Shown piece by piece: positions 23,542 through 36,999 of a DNA stretch of 64,000 nucleotides. Where the stretch lies: assembly GCF_006345805.1 (NCBI RefSeq), contig NC_043007.1, forward strand, positions 51,398,001 through 51,462,000, in the 5' to 3' direction. The number at the start of each line of letters is the position of its first letter. The first letter of the stretch is position 1. The notes under the pieces are model-generated. The model was not told the DNA's origin and searched no databases. It saw only the letters and a program-made list of their open reading frames with translations. The DNA is from Octopus sinensis (Eukaryota). Position numbers and translations under genes: made by a program.

Positions 23542-24113
23542 AATGAAACTCGTCAATAAGACATTTTAACAGAAAATTATGGATATGTATAGTGATTTAC
23601 TGAACGCTATTAATACTGTTTGAAAAAACGTTATATGATATAACATCAGAGGTAGCCTATAGAAAGAGGAGGGATAAATTAAGGAAAAGTTAAATAAATG
23701 AGAAGTATATAACTATATGTATATTAAATAAAGCCATATAAACTAGGAAAATATATTTTTTTTAGTGAATGTTAGATATAAAAAGAAAAAGGTTTAACTT
23801 ATATATAATGATAGCGATTAGTTATATGAACTAAAGGTGTGTTTTTGCCAATGTTTATAAGGTTTTATTTAATATACATATAATCATATACTTTTCATTT
23901 ATTTAACTTTTCCTTAAGAACAACAATTTAAGAACAATTTACAGAACTTGATTCGTCTGTATTAGTCGAAAGACACCTGTTGTTATGTTCTTAAGTATCC
24001 AAGTGCTAGTTATTGCATGACAATCTCGCAATTGGGTATTACATATGGGCGGGGCTAACAAGTGGCTTACTCTTAATTTATACGGCAAATAAGAAAACAG
24101 AGAGGCTACAAAT

Positions 24114-24557
24114 TTGACAGACATCAGCCGGTAAACATTCCAGTATGTCTATTTATTCAAAGGTATTGGATGAATACACACACATAGCTAACTGACTTTT
24201 ATATGTATTAGCCCCATCCCAACCAGTTACACACTCTGAAGAAGCCTAGGGGCACATCTGTTATCCAAGTCTTGTCTGTTCATCCATGCCTAACACTGAA
24301 GAGAAGGAGATAGCCTGGAAGATTTCGTCGCCTCTTGGCAGAAACGGCCGTAAGGACTAGTACATGCACACTCAGTTAGTGTTTTGCCAATTTGCTCAAT
24401 TGCTAATTTCTTTCTATCTGCTTATACGTATTCACACCCTTGTTTTGCAGTTACCAGTTTTTTCCACTCGCTAATTTGTACCATACATGTCTGTATATTC
24501 ATCCAATACATTTGAATAAATAGAAATACTGGAATGTTTACCGGCTGATGCTGTCGA
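24114..24557. mobile_element. ~440-bp element with ~75-bp terminal inverted repeats
   Basis: GACAG-ACATCAGCCGGTAAACATTCCAGTAT..TATTTATTCAAA..TATTGGATGAATA is mirrored at 24485-24557. Confidence 0.75.
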
Positions 24558-24583
24558 TTTTATATCCTCCCCGTTTTCTTTTT

Positions 24584-24669
<86 letters not shown>

Positions 24670-25043
24670 TATATTGAGTTCTATACCAGATTATGTTTTT
24701 ACTAGATAAAGTGAATTTTCAATCTGTTTTAGCAACTCTTACATTACAATAGATATATGCGTCTGCATGTGTGTGGGGTGTGTATGCACGTACGTACGTA
24801 CGTATGTATGTATGTATGTATGTATGTATGTATGTATGTATGATGTATGTATGTATGTATGTATGTATGTATGTATGTATGTATGTATGTATGCATGTAT
24901 GTATGTATTCTCGGGTGGATGGCTAGATCAAAGAGACTATGTTCAGCCTGATACTGATATGACATTCAATCTATAATCGTTCGTCTGACAAACTATATTT
25001 CATCCGAATGACGATTATGCACGAAATGTGCATATAATTCGTA

Positions 25044-25144
25044 GGCGCAGGGGTTGGTCTACGGTTCCGGGTTCGGTCCTACTGCGTGACACCTTCAGAA
25101 AGTGTCTACTACTATAGCCTTGGGCCGACCAAGACCTTGTGAGC
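25044..25144 (+). mobile_element. SINE family A, internally deleted and 3'-truncated
   Basis: GGCGCAGG...GGTTCCGGGTTCGGTCC...CTATAGCCTTGGGCCGACC. Confidence 0.75.
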
Positions 25145-25147
25145 GCA

Positions 25148-25692
25148 TTTTTAGCACTAGAGTAGACCACATAGTGGTCACTCTCTCATATTTATGTATA
25201 AATTTGTATTGTATCCCTGGTTTTTATGTGCTAAGCCACTTGGTGTTAAATTGATGGTATTATTAATTAATATCAAATTTTTCACCCTCATTTATAAATT
25301 TAATTATACTGCAGTAAATATTTTAGGCGGTATTCGTTTCCAGTAGTCTTATCATACTTTTGGCGGGGGAATTTGAATCATAGCTACTAATGCAATTGAT
25401 CGAACCGCACGTGTATTTTGGCGCTGCGTCGAAATATAACGAGCGATTTAATAAATTGTATTTAAGACAAACTCCTGCTGATGATTTATGGATGTTGTGT
25501 AAGTAAAATTGCATATTGCATTAATAATGATACAATTGTTCAGGGTTAATCTATTTTTTCGTTATTTTTCACTTGCCCCACGTTAAATGTTGTGTTATTT
25601 CTCCTTGGAAACAATTTTTTAGTGGCTATACCATAGTGGATCTATTTTTAGCACTAGAGTAGACCACATAGTGGTCACTCTCTCATATTTAA
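25148..25692. repeat. ~45-bp direct repeats 497 bp apart, each with a hairpin
   Basis: TTAGCACTAGAGTAGACCACATAGTGGTCACTCTCTCATATTTA at 25151 and 25648. Confidence 0.85.
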
Positions 25693-26157
25693 ATATATAC
25701 ATATATATATACATATGTATATACATATATATACACACATCTCCCTTGTATCTTCTCTATGTCCCTTTGATTTTCTCTCTTTCTCGCTCCCCCCCTAATT
25801 CTTCAATCACTCCGCCCCTACCTCTCTGTTTTCCTTCCACTTGACCGCTGTTTGGGCAAGCATAATCTTTCTTTGTTGGCTCGACTGTCGGCCGCGAAGT
25901 ATCTCTCATATTCCTGTCTCACTACTTTCATCTCTTATGTTAATCTCCTATGTTCCTGTCTTCAGGATTTCACGCTATACACGCCAGCTCAACTTGATTC
26001 GTCTGCATTAGTCGAAAGACACCTGTTGTTATGTTCTTAAATTGTTGTAATGTTCTTAAATAACCCTACTACCAGCAGTATATTGGATAGGTACTATCCC
26101 TTTGTTGGTTTCTCAACCTGACTCCTATAAATATATAAATATATACATACATGTGTA

Positions 26158-26199
<42 letters not shown>

Positions 26200-26234
26200 C
26201 TTACTGTTGACAAAGGCTGCGTGGCATTCAATTA

Positions 26235-26695
26235 TTTAATAAATGAAAAATACACATTAAGAACAGGACATTACCAATGAGTGAAATATATGTAAACGCA
26301 AAATGATAGATAAGTACAGGGAAAATATCAAAAGACGTCTAACCCCTCTTCAGTTGTCGACTGTGATGTTACTCCTTGTTTCATGCTTTTAACGACAAGA
26401 TAGGAAAACTTCATAAGATAGCAGTATTCAGAACTTTTAGAAATATAAATTTGTGGAGGTTAGGGCTTCGAATGAACAAACGGCACAAGAGTGGACATAT
26501 GGAAGTAAACAATCGATGACGACTGTTTTGTCGTTAAAAGCACGAAACAGGGAATAATATCACAATCATCAACTGAGGAGCGGTTGGACATCTTTTGATA
26601 TTTTGTCCCGTACTTATCTCTCGTTGAATATTTACGTATTTATCATCCGTTGGTGATGTCCTGTCCTTAATGTGTATTTTTCATTTATTATATGT
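26235..26695. mobile_element. Foldback/MITE-like element with ~165-bp imperfect inverted arms
   Basis: TAATAAATGAAAAATACACATTAAG.ACAGGACAT...CTTTTAACGACAA is mirrored at 26527-26692. Confidence 0.75.
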
Positions 26696-27111
26696 CAGGT
26701 CATCCCATAAGTTCTGTCTTTTAAAATTGAATATAGTATTCTTCCAATATATTCTTTTTGAGGTTTTCTTCTTTCGCACTGAGGAGAACGGTAATATGTA
26801 ATTAATTTAATCATAAATTAATTAATTTTTTCCATGTTTTTTACATGTTAATATTACCGTTCGAAACGATCGCATGCATGGATTAAATTATTATGAAACT
26901 CTTAACATCTCTTCTCCATCTTTAATTGGTTGTTGAGTTTATATAGGATACGTGTTGTATAAATGCTCATAACACACCTTATACTTGTAACATTTTCATA
27001 TTAAAAATACTTACAATAATAAGCTACCAATTTAATATGAAGAATCTTTATTAGAAATCTAACTTTGGAACCCCCAAAGTAAAGGATGAAATAGAACCTA
27101 AACTTTTCTCA

Positions 27112-27164
<53 letters not shown>

Positions 27165-27926
27165 TATATACGCAACTAAACTAAATTGTGATTATTCATA
27201 AACACTGATTTGCGCCATTACTTCGTGATTTTTCTCGATCGGGCGATCTACTAGCGCAAATCAGTCAACGTGTTGGCTGAATTATATATAAAGCTACAAG
27301 CTTTATTTAGTACGTTCAGAGTTGCCTCTCTTAAGTACATCTCATTTACAAGCGTCAATCAACTCGAAACATCGATGTCTGAGATTCCCGAGAGGTGGTG
27401 ACACTGAACGAACTGGGTGTTTTTACACCCTTTTATCATAAGAGAGATTTTTCTCCAGGGTAACTGCAGTGTATTTACCTTTAGCAGTTGAAATATGTGA
27501 CAAACATATTTCAACTAACCTAAATTGTGATATATATATATATATAATATATATATATATATTATATATATATATATTGTTGAACGAAAACAGGAACGAG
27601 TATTAAGCCAGTTTGTAAATAGATTTCACGCTAATTACTTGTGTTTAATAATTTGGCAAAGATGTATAATTATGTACCACTATGGCTATAAATTTCATAA
27701 TCGCTAACACATTCAACAACATTATTTCATCAAGATGCCACTTGAAGCTCGACAGATCTATTTCCTCAGGACCTTGAAATTGTGGTCGGTGTTTTGATGA
27801 ATAATCTGTAGGTCAAACGTAGGTTTATGAGTGGCAAGCGCGTTTCATGATTTTTTTCGAGTTCAAGAAATGAGGGATTCGAATAACCAATCAGTAACGA
27901 AATGCTAGAACCAATCAGTAACGAAA

Positions 27927-27960
27927 TAGTAGATGTAGGACGAAGATCCTACATCTACTA
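27927..27960. other. Perfect 14-bp hairpin with 6-nt loop
   Basis: TAGTAGATGTAGGA-CGAAGA-TCCTACATCTACTA, preceded by two AACCAATCAGTAACGAAAT repeats. Confidence 0.9.
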
Positions 27961-28708
27961 AGCGTTACATCATGAGAATGCATATGTTCGCACTTGCCTC
28001 AAGATACATAATTTCAAACATTAAATAAAACGGTGGCCGCTACAAACCCCAGTACCTACCTATTTTTCTCCTCTTTTTCTTACCTCACCATATTAGGATC
28101 AAATGAAATTGAAGCTTAAGAGACGCTACTTAAAGAGGAGAGGTGCATTGGCAGCGTGGAAGATTGGGATTATTGCGCATAATTACTGCATAGTTGAGAG
28201 CTGAGATCACCTTGTATGATTATTGTATACAGTATGTGCTAATCAAAGTCACCGTGTATGAATGTTGCGTGCGTGGAAACTAAGATCAACGTGTACGTCC
28301 CCAACAGAGCTATTTTGAAAGGGGACAGTACCCGAATATAAATAATACATGAAATGTGTTACTTAATGGAGTACTCTTGTACTTTTTCAGGCCTAGTCCG
28401 GTAACTTTCTGATAATACCTCGTATTTGTGTATATGCGTGTATATATGTATATATGTATATATATATATGTGTGTATGTAGGTGTGTGGGAAAGTGGGAG
28501 TGTGGATAAGTATGCATGTATGTATAATGCATGATTGCATCTGTTTTGTTGCACATTTTTTCCGTATTTCAATGTCTCTTTTGATGTGCATGAGGCAGCA
28601 GCAGTAGCAGTAATTACTGTGGTCATTGGTAATATTAGTGCTATCTTTGTTGCGCATTTTATTGTTATTGTCCTCGTTGTTATTATTATTGCAGCTGTTA
28701 TTGTTCTT

Positions 28709-28751
<43 letters not shown>

Positions 28752-30072
28752 CACTACCACCACCACCACCACTACCACTACCACCACCCATTAAATTCGA
28801 AACATGCAGCTGACAATGTAAACGAAACAAAATAAAAAAATGGAAAACACTTTTGTCATTATTTTGTGTAAAATTATTTTTGTTTCTTGTTTTTTATTGC
28901 TGTCTTTGATATTGTTGTTGTTGTTGTTGTTTTATATTGGCGGTGACATTGCCAGAAGAAAGAAAGTAGTTTAAAGACACCATGATTACAATACTGGAAC
29001 TGGTAAAGCAAGCTTTTTCACCTGTAGGTCGTAAAAGACGACGAAATTATTTCGTTGGGCGTGAAGCCATCGTCGTTACAACAACAGATCATTTTAAAAA
29101 TAAATTAAAAAACACTTTACAGAAAACAGAAATACAATATTAATAAAATAAATCGCAACATGAATCGAGTTAACGATACCTTGGAGACAGCAGGGGTATT
29201 TTTCACGATTAGCTCTACCTTACGAACTTGAAAAATAAAAAAAATAGCAACTGAAGAAGACAGTCTCGAAGCTAGAAATACCAACTGACCTTCTACTCCT
29301 GAGAAATATACAATGCCGTAGTACTTAACCTGAATGAAAAGTGACTGCCATTTAAGAAATGATGGAGGAATTACGTAGGAACCTAGTCTTTGGCTCCCAT
29401 CAGACAAGGCTTGGATGTCGGTTAAATAGACATATCTCATGGGATCAGTTTTGTAGACAATACCTATTCTGGGTTGATTAAACAATGCTCTCCACCGGAT
29501 TGGTTCAGATGGCAAAATCAACCACACAACTTTTTGGCTTTGTGTCACATCACATTATCAGTAAATAACAAATTATAATTAAAAGGCAACCCTCCACCCC
29601 TAACTGCAAGTCTACCAAGCTTCCACCCTCAACTATACCAATAAAAATAATACACAACCCAACTCTCAATACGACGACAGATACTTTGACGATGATAACT
29701 CAATATTTGAAGTTATATAAAAATAATTAATGTGATGTGAGTTTCTTAAGCGGTTGCCCCAGAAGGTTTGTTTTTTGTTGCTGGCTCACTCACCGCCACT
29801 CATATACCATCACTTACTTTGCATTACTCATCTACTATTATTCCATTTCTGTCGCCCACCCACCTTTATCATTCACCATCGCTGGCCTACTGCCACTCCA
29901 TCACACCGCCACCAACCATTCTCTATTTTGATTATTCTCAACTATGTACCAGCAGTTACGTGTCTTCATTGTATTTCACCTCCAACCCTAACTTGACAAA
30001 AATTCTCGGTGCTGTGGGAACTAGCAACCATAACGCGACCATAATAAACGCTTCACTTAACACCAAATCCTG

Positions 30073-30290
30073 TTAACCTTTTAACATTCAGATTACCCTG
30101 TCAAATGTAATGCTTATATATCCATATTGTTTAACATTAATCATACATTATCTCATGGATTTTGATGTGATTGCTTATTTCTAAAAGGACATTGAAGAAC
30201 AGATGTGAGAGGCTGGATCTGACTGGTTAGGACACAAATCAAGGAGAATGTTGGTGCTGGATATGGCCGGTTTAAATGCTAAAGGCTTAA
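30073..30290. mobile_element. piggyBac-like MITE (TTAA at both ends)
   Basis: Left end TTAA|CCTTTTAACATT; right end AATGCTAAAGGC|TTAA. Confidence 0.6.
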
Positions 30291-30764
30291 ATACCACTAC
30301 ACTTCACTGCTCCATACTGCAGCAATTCATTCATTGCTTATTGTTTTTTTCCCTGAAATTATTCTCAAACAGATATTTAGGATGGACATCAATTACAGTA
30401 TGAAATATCGAGATCATTGCCTCCTCCCAATTAACTAAAAATAGGAATTAATATTTCCACATAATTTACTAAGTTTTCGGGGGTTCAAATCTTATATGTC
30501 TTTCACTTCATTCAGTAAATCACCTCCACCATCAAACTATATCTTTGACACATCATTTCAACACAACACTACAACCAAATTATATTGTTAACCCTTCAGT
30601 TACTTCAAAGTATTGAAGTAACTGGAGGGTTACAATTTGACCGTATCAATAACCTAACGAATCAACATCACACTGTTGTAGATTGTTGTTGTGGTGTTCT
30701 CTCTCACTCACTCACTTTATCTCCCTTCTCTTTCATTTTCTTCAATCTCCCTCTCTCCCTCTCT

Positions 30765-30813
<49 letters not shown>

Positions 30814-30949
30814 ACAAACACACACTCATACACGCTCACACACACACACACACGCACACGCACAAAGTATTTTTCAGCTAGGACGGAGTGGGTTTTATAA
30901 CTATTTTACTTTAGTATACGGTACTTATTTAGTAAAAAAAGGTAAGTAA

Positions 30950-31290
30950 AGTAAACTCCATAGCTGGCGAGTTGGTGTGGTAGTCTTCTGGTGCTCATCC
31001 TGAATTCGTGACCAAACCACAGTAGCCTACGCTGCCGGACTTGGTCTTCAAAGGCCAGCTGCTGTTGTTGGCATTGTTCTCGGATGCTGTTGTTTGAGAT
31101 TCGGTCACATAGAGAAGCACCAAGGATCTGACGAAGACACCGCATTTAGAACACGTTGAGCTTGTCCAGGTCCCGCTTGAGGATGGTCCAAATCTCAGCG
31201 CTGTAGAGGAGGTCAGGCAGAACCACTCGGCGACGGAAAAGAGAGATTTTGGTACTTAGGGAGATATTGGACTTCTTCCAAACACGCTAT
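30950..31290 (-). mobile_element. RTE-clade LINE C-terminal fragment
   Basis: LLYSAEIWT, MRCLRQILG and RRLLWFGH. Confidence 0.8.
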
Positions 31291-32535
31291 GTATTGTACG
31301 GAAGAGGTACGGTTTTCCTACGACATGATATCTATCCCTATTTGGAAAGCAAAGAGTTTGGGTTAGTGGGTTGTGAAGGTCTTTTCTTTTTAACTCAGTG
31401 TAATGACAAATTTTGACAGGAAAACGGTGTTTCCCACCATGCTGTATGTACGTCTGTTCCTGCTAAAGAGTAGTGCGTTTATGACTATTGCAGGTAGAAA
31501 ATATCTCTTCAGAAGTTAATACATTTAACCATAAAACGTATGTGTTCTGGCTAACAGATATTAACCGTAGTTGATCTCTAAATCCATTGCTCTGTATTGT
31601 ACTTTACACACTGTCCACTCTGAATGTACCCAATATGTATCCTACACACTCAGAAATTTACATTGTCTAAAAAAAATATTATATTATATTAGAATGTCTC
31701 TGAAACAACACGAAATATTTATGTACGTGTGTATGCGTGCGCGTGTGTGTACATGCGTGTATGTTTGCGCGTGTGATGTATGCGTGTGTGAATGTGGGTG
31801 TGTGTGCGTGTGTGTGTATGTGCGCGCGCGCGATAGAGAGAGTGTTTGTGCGCGCGCGCAATAGAGAGAGTGTCTCGTTTTAACGGTGTGGAAGAGGTGG
31901 AGTTCCATTCACGAAAATACAAAAATAATGGCAATAGTAAATAAATACAGTTCCAGAGGGATCAGACATGAAAATATAGGGAGATTAACCAGTAATACAA
32001 TACGTCCCCTCAGTTGTTGGTTTAGCTTTCATTCTTTTTTTTTGCTTTTGTTTTTTTTGTTTTTTGTTTTTTGTTTTTTGCTTTTCGTTATTTTAGTTGG
32101 CTTTGCTTTTGATATGTTCGCTTTCTCCCGTTGTTCGGATTAATTTACTTATTCGGGGGTGTTTTACGACAATTTATAGACCTACATCAGATAAAATAGC
32201 ATGATAGGAGAGGGTGGGGTCTGTGAAATCAATCTCCAATATATCCTACCACTACCACCACCACCACCTCTTGCCACAGACTGATATTTGCATTCAGAAA
32301 TTTCATTATACGTATATCTGTCTATGTGTTTATGAGAATATGCTTGAGAATGTGTGCCGTGTCTCACTGTATATAGGTATGCATGTCTGAGAGTGTATAT
32401 GTGTCTATAAGTATATGAGTGTGTGTGTGTGTGTGTATAGAGATATGTATATGTGAGAACGTATCTAAGTGTATGCGCGTGCGAGCATTTATGTGAGTGT
32501 ATAATACTGTGTTTGTGTGTATGAGTGTGTGAGTG

Positions 32536-32573
<38 letters not shown>

Positions 32574-34429
32574 AATGTGTGTATTTGTTGAGTCACCATC
32601 TGTTTTAGTATGAATATATATAGATATGTATACTTGAGTGTGTATATGTGTCTCTATGCGAGGTTTTGTGGGTCCGTGTATAGAGACATGAGTATATTTG
32701 AGGGCATGTATATGTATGCGAACATGTACTTCTGAGTGTGTGGGGAGTGTAAGTGTACGTGTGTGTAATTGTGCGATTGTGTGTGTGCGTGTTTGTGTGT
32801 TTGTGTGTGTGTGTGTCTGTGTGTGTGTCTGTGTTTGTTTGTGTGTATGTCTGTGTTCCTTACGTTTTACGGGATTAAATGGAGCTTCAAAGCAAAAGAC
32901 ATCCTCCCGAACTTAAGACGGAGGTTAATAATATTACCATGATTTAGGGAGGAGGAAATTACAAAACAAAAAAATAAATACAAAACTATCAACGACAACA
33001 AAAACAATAATAATAATACGGATAAATACATTAGAAAGATAGGCACTAGCTAATAAAATGAGAATGAAGAAATGATCGTTTCTTCAGAAATTCCCTTTAA
33101 AAAAATCTATAAAAATCCTTCCCCACGAAAACATAACAAAAAATGTAGAATTGTTTCCTTTAAACAAAGAAACAAACGAAAACAAAACCTCTTTAAGTTA
33201 TTTGATTTCACATGGTTTGTCATTTTAAATTAAATATCCACCAGAAGGGATGAGAATGCCGCTAAACTATTATCATCATCACTTTCTATACACATACGCA
33301 TGGAAACTTGCACACACAATGTATATACATGTATATGTATATACATATACACGCATATACGCGCATATACACTATATATATGTGTGTGTGTGTATATGTG
33401 TGTGTATGTGTGTGTATACCTACATAAAATGAGTGGTCCAGAAATCACTTTTAAATATATAAAATTTGCGTTCTTTATTTTATTACAATTTTATATCATT
33501 TAGAAAAATGTGATTATCAAAAGATGAGAGAATTCTAGAATTTTCGTAGACTCATAGATGTTATAATATAATTCAGTTGAAATGGCTGGGTAAACCTAGT
33601 TCAATAGGCACCTGTACGAACGGCATAACACTATACAAGCTATGACGGGATCCCTGAGCCGTGGTTGTCAATGGAGCGGGTTTAATAAATGCAATATAGT
33701 AGATGAATGATGTGGTAGAGAGGTAAAAGTTGTGAGGAAGAGACAGACAGAGAGAGATGAGATGTATCTTGGGAAACGCAACTGAGCTCGTCTGTTAACC
33801 TTAAACGGAGTACATCATCATTTAACGTTTCAAAAATTTTACATGGATACGGCCATCATCAAACGCATCTAAGCGTTAGCGGCCATTTTCGTGGGGAGAA
33901 ATCAGCGCGAATAGAAAATTTATGCAGTGAGAAAAAATTATTTTCTGACTTCAGCTGAGATAGATAATGAGGATCGAGAGAACACAGAAGAAAGTGATGC
34001 TTCAACTACCTTATGAAGGAAAAAGCACCCCAACTTTCTCCATTTGTACATTCGTTTGACAACAACAATGAGGGAATCTGAAATGAATTTATGTTCAGAC
34101 CGGATATGAAAAAAAAAAAAAACAATATATAATGGCACTTTCCGATAGTGACAATATAAATTTTCATAGTTTTTGCACTTATTTTAAATGAAAATGCGTA
34201 TAAAAATTATCCTTATGGAGAAAAATCGTTCTGTTTTTTGCCCGTTTGGCACACAAATCCATGCAAACTTTTCCTGCCGTTTAAGGGTTTGCGCTAAAGG
34301 ATCTTTAGAATCATCTTGCATGTGTGTGCGCGTGTGTGTTTTTCATTATACCTATAAAAATTATATACCAATTCTACATTTGTATAGAGCGAGCCTACAA
34401 GAGATAATGTTTATTCACTGTATAACACA

Positions 34430-34470
34430 GACTGACTGACTGACCGACTGTCAGTCAGACAGGCAGGCAT

Positions 34471-34513
<43 letters not shown>

Positions 34514-34514
34514 T

Positions 34515-34575
<61 letters not shown>

Positions 34576-34600
34576 TAGATAGATAGATAGATAGATAGAT

Positions 34601-34633
<33 letters not shown>

Positions 34634-34640
34634 CAGAGAT
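34430..34640. repeat. Compound (GACT)/(GACA)/(GATA)n microsatellite
   Basis: Directly visible in the sequence. Confidence 0.95.
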
Positions 34641-35536
34641 AGAGAGAAGTGGTAAGCAAAACTAATCGGGGGGGGGGTTAAAAGAGCTAAAACCGCAAAC
34701 AACCGCTGCACGTCCTTTTGTTTCCATTTACGTCGCCACCAATGAAACTTTAATTACTGCGAAATCCAACACTGTCAATGACAGCTACGATACTGTAATT
34801 TTCTAATGAGTTAATTTATAGATTAAAGGTTTTAGGGGTGGCACACAGAACAGGTACATTCTACACTGTTTCATACAATAAATTTTTTGTACCGATCTCA
34901 TCTATTCTACTGCCTGGTCAGTTTATTTCTGTTTCTGTGTGACTTATTGTTCACTCTCGAAAGTGCTAAACAGTGACGTGTATAAATACAAACTCATTAC
35001 CAATTCAAATAAGCTTGAAGCAATTTCGGACCAGTAAGAAAGCCATTCACTGTATTTTATAATTTTATAATTTCTTGCTTTGTACACAAATAGGTGCAAA
35101 CACAGCAAGTCAGTTCGCAGAGCTCCCCCAACCAAACTTGTGGATATATATACACTTCGAAGTGATAAACTCTTCTCAGCGCCAGATATAAGAAAGGGAG
35201 ACGCTGCAAACTGATAAGAGAGACATGTCTTTATTATTATATTCCTGTCATCGTACTATGATTAGTTACACTAATCGGAGTTTCAATGTAAATAAAATAC
35301 AGAGGTAAAACGCTAAGCAGTGATGTGTACGAAAACAAACTTAGTTTTAGACATCGTAAACACTATTTTAATATAGAAAAGAGAAACAAATTAACAGATG
35401 GTCTCCGAACTACGAATCTATGATTTACAAGTACACATTTTAAATGACTAGAAAGATATGAACCCATGTTTATTTATTTCTGCACCGTTTTATAATTTGT
35501 GCAGACTGTACCTCGTTTCACAATACTATATTCGTT

Positions 35537-35745
35537 TCAAATTTTGGCACAATGCCAGCAATTCGGAGGGAGGTGATAAGTCGATTACATCAACCTTAGT
35601 ACTCAACAGATACTTATTTTATCGACCTCGAAAGGGTTGAAAGACAAAGTCGAACTTGGCGGAATTTGAACTCAGAACACAAAGACGGACGAAACGCCAC
35701 TGAGCGATTTTGCCCGGCGTGCTAACGATTCTGACAACTTACCGC
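35537..35745 (-). mobile_element. SINE family D
   Basis: Minus strand has GAGTTCAAATTCCGCC and CTTTCGAGGTCGATAAAATAAGTA. Confidence 0.8.
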
Positions 35746-36650
35746 TCTGTTTCATAGTACTATATTATTTATAAATAATAATTCAATGAAAGAGTAAAAA
35801 GAATTATGTTTGCTTGCAACAGTAGCTGGACATGGCTGTTATAACGCTCTTGTCTTAAAACGGAGAACAGATTGGTTAACGTAAACTAAATGGTTGAGTC
35901 AGGAATGGAATGTCAAGGTCGTAGATCGTGTGAAGATCTGGTCAGCATTAGAACGGATGATGTCAGCAAGAAAATAACAAGAATAATTTACCACTCTATT
36001 CTTCCTATTTTGTTTTCCCTATTATACTCCAGGTAATTCCAATGAAACTGATGCCTTCTTCTGGAGTTTCCTCTTCAACTGTGTCATTTACATATCCAAC
36101 ATAGACACACTCATAAACACACACACACACACGTAAGCACACACACACTTGTATGTATATGTATGTCTCGGTGTATTCACATACACCGTTTTTATAAATC
36201 AAGATTTTAGCCACAATTGGTTTAGCTGTGTGGGTCACCAGGCTTTGCTTAACTCTTATGAAATAAGAAAATGAGAAAATCGCTCGTTTCCGGGAATTTG
36301 GCACCACTAAACCAATGATGGTCAAAAAAACTAGCTCTAATTGTTTTCTAGATATATAACTCCTTATCTCACCACCAAATGTTATGTTTTGATTATATTA
36401 TATATCACGCATAATAACTTTATGTATTTGTGTGCTTGAGTGCGTGCGTGCGTGCGTGCATGTGTGCACGCGCGCGCATGTGTGTGTAGTTATGCGTATG
36501 TATATCTGTGTGTGTGTACCCCAGTCAACAGGATTTTTATAATAAATTTCACTCTAGTCTTAATATTGAGTCGCTCATCAGCAAACTTCTCGTTGTTTTT
36601 CTTAAACTTCCTTTAAAATATTTTAACATTTATTACATTCATCCATATGT

Positions 36651-36747
<97 letters not shown>

Positions 36748-36999
36748 AAGTAATGTAGCCAATCTAAATATCCCCCTTACTCTAAATATGTGACCTGATA
36801 CCTAAGTCAGGAATTAATATTTCAATCTCTAGATAATTTAAGACTACCAGAATTCATCTCTGCAGACTCTCATACATAAGTACGTACATAAATACTAACA
36901 AACATATACTTCTGTGAGTGGAGCTGAATGACACAGGAATATTTCAATATACTTCTGAATGTATGCAAGCCCGATTTGTGTCAGCGTTCAAAACAACCA

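Noticed and set aside
29117-29548. 143-aa non-repetitive ORF on the minus strand
   Set aside because: No recognisable motif or splice context; could be antisense to decayed element sequence.
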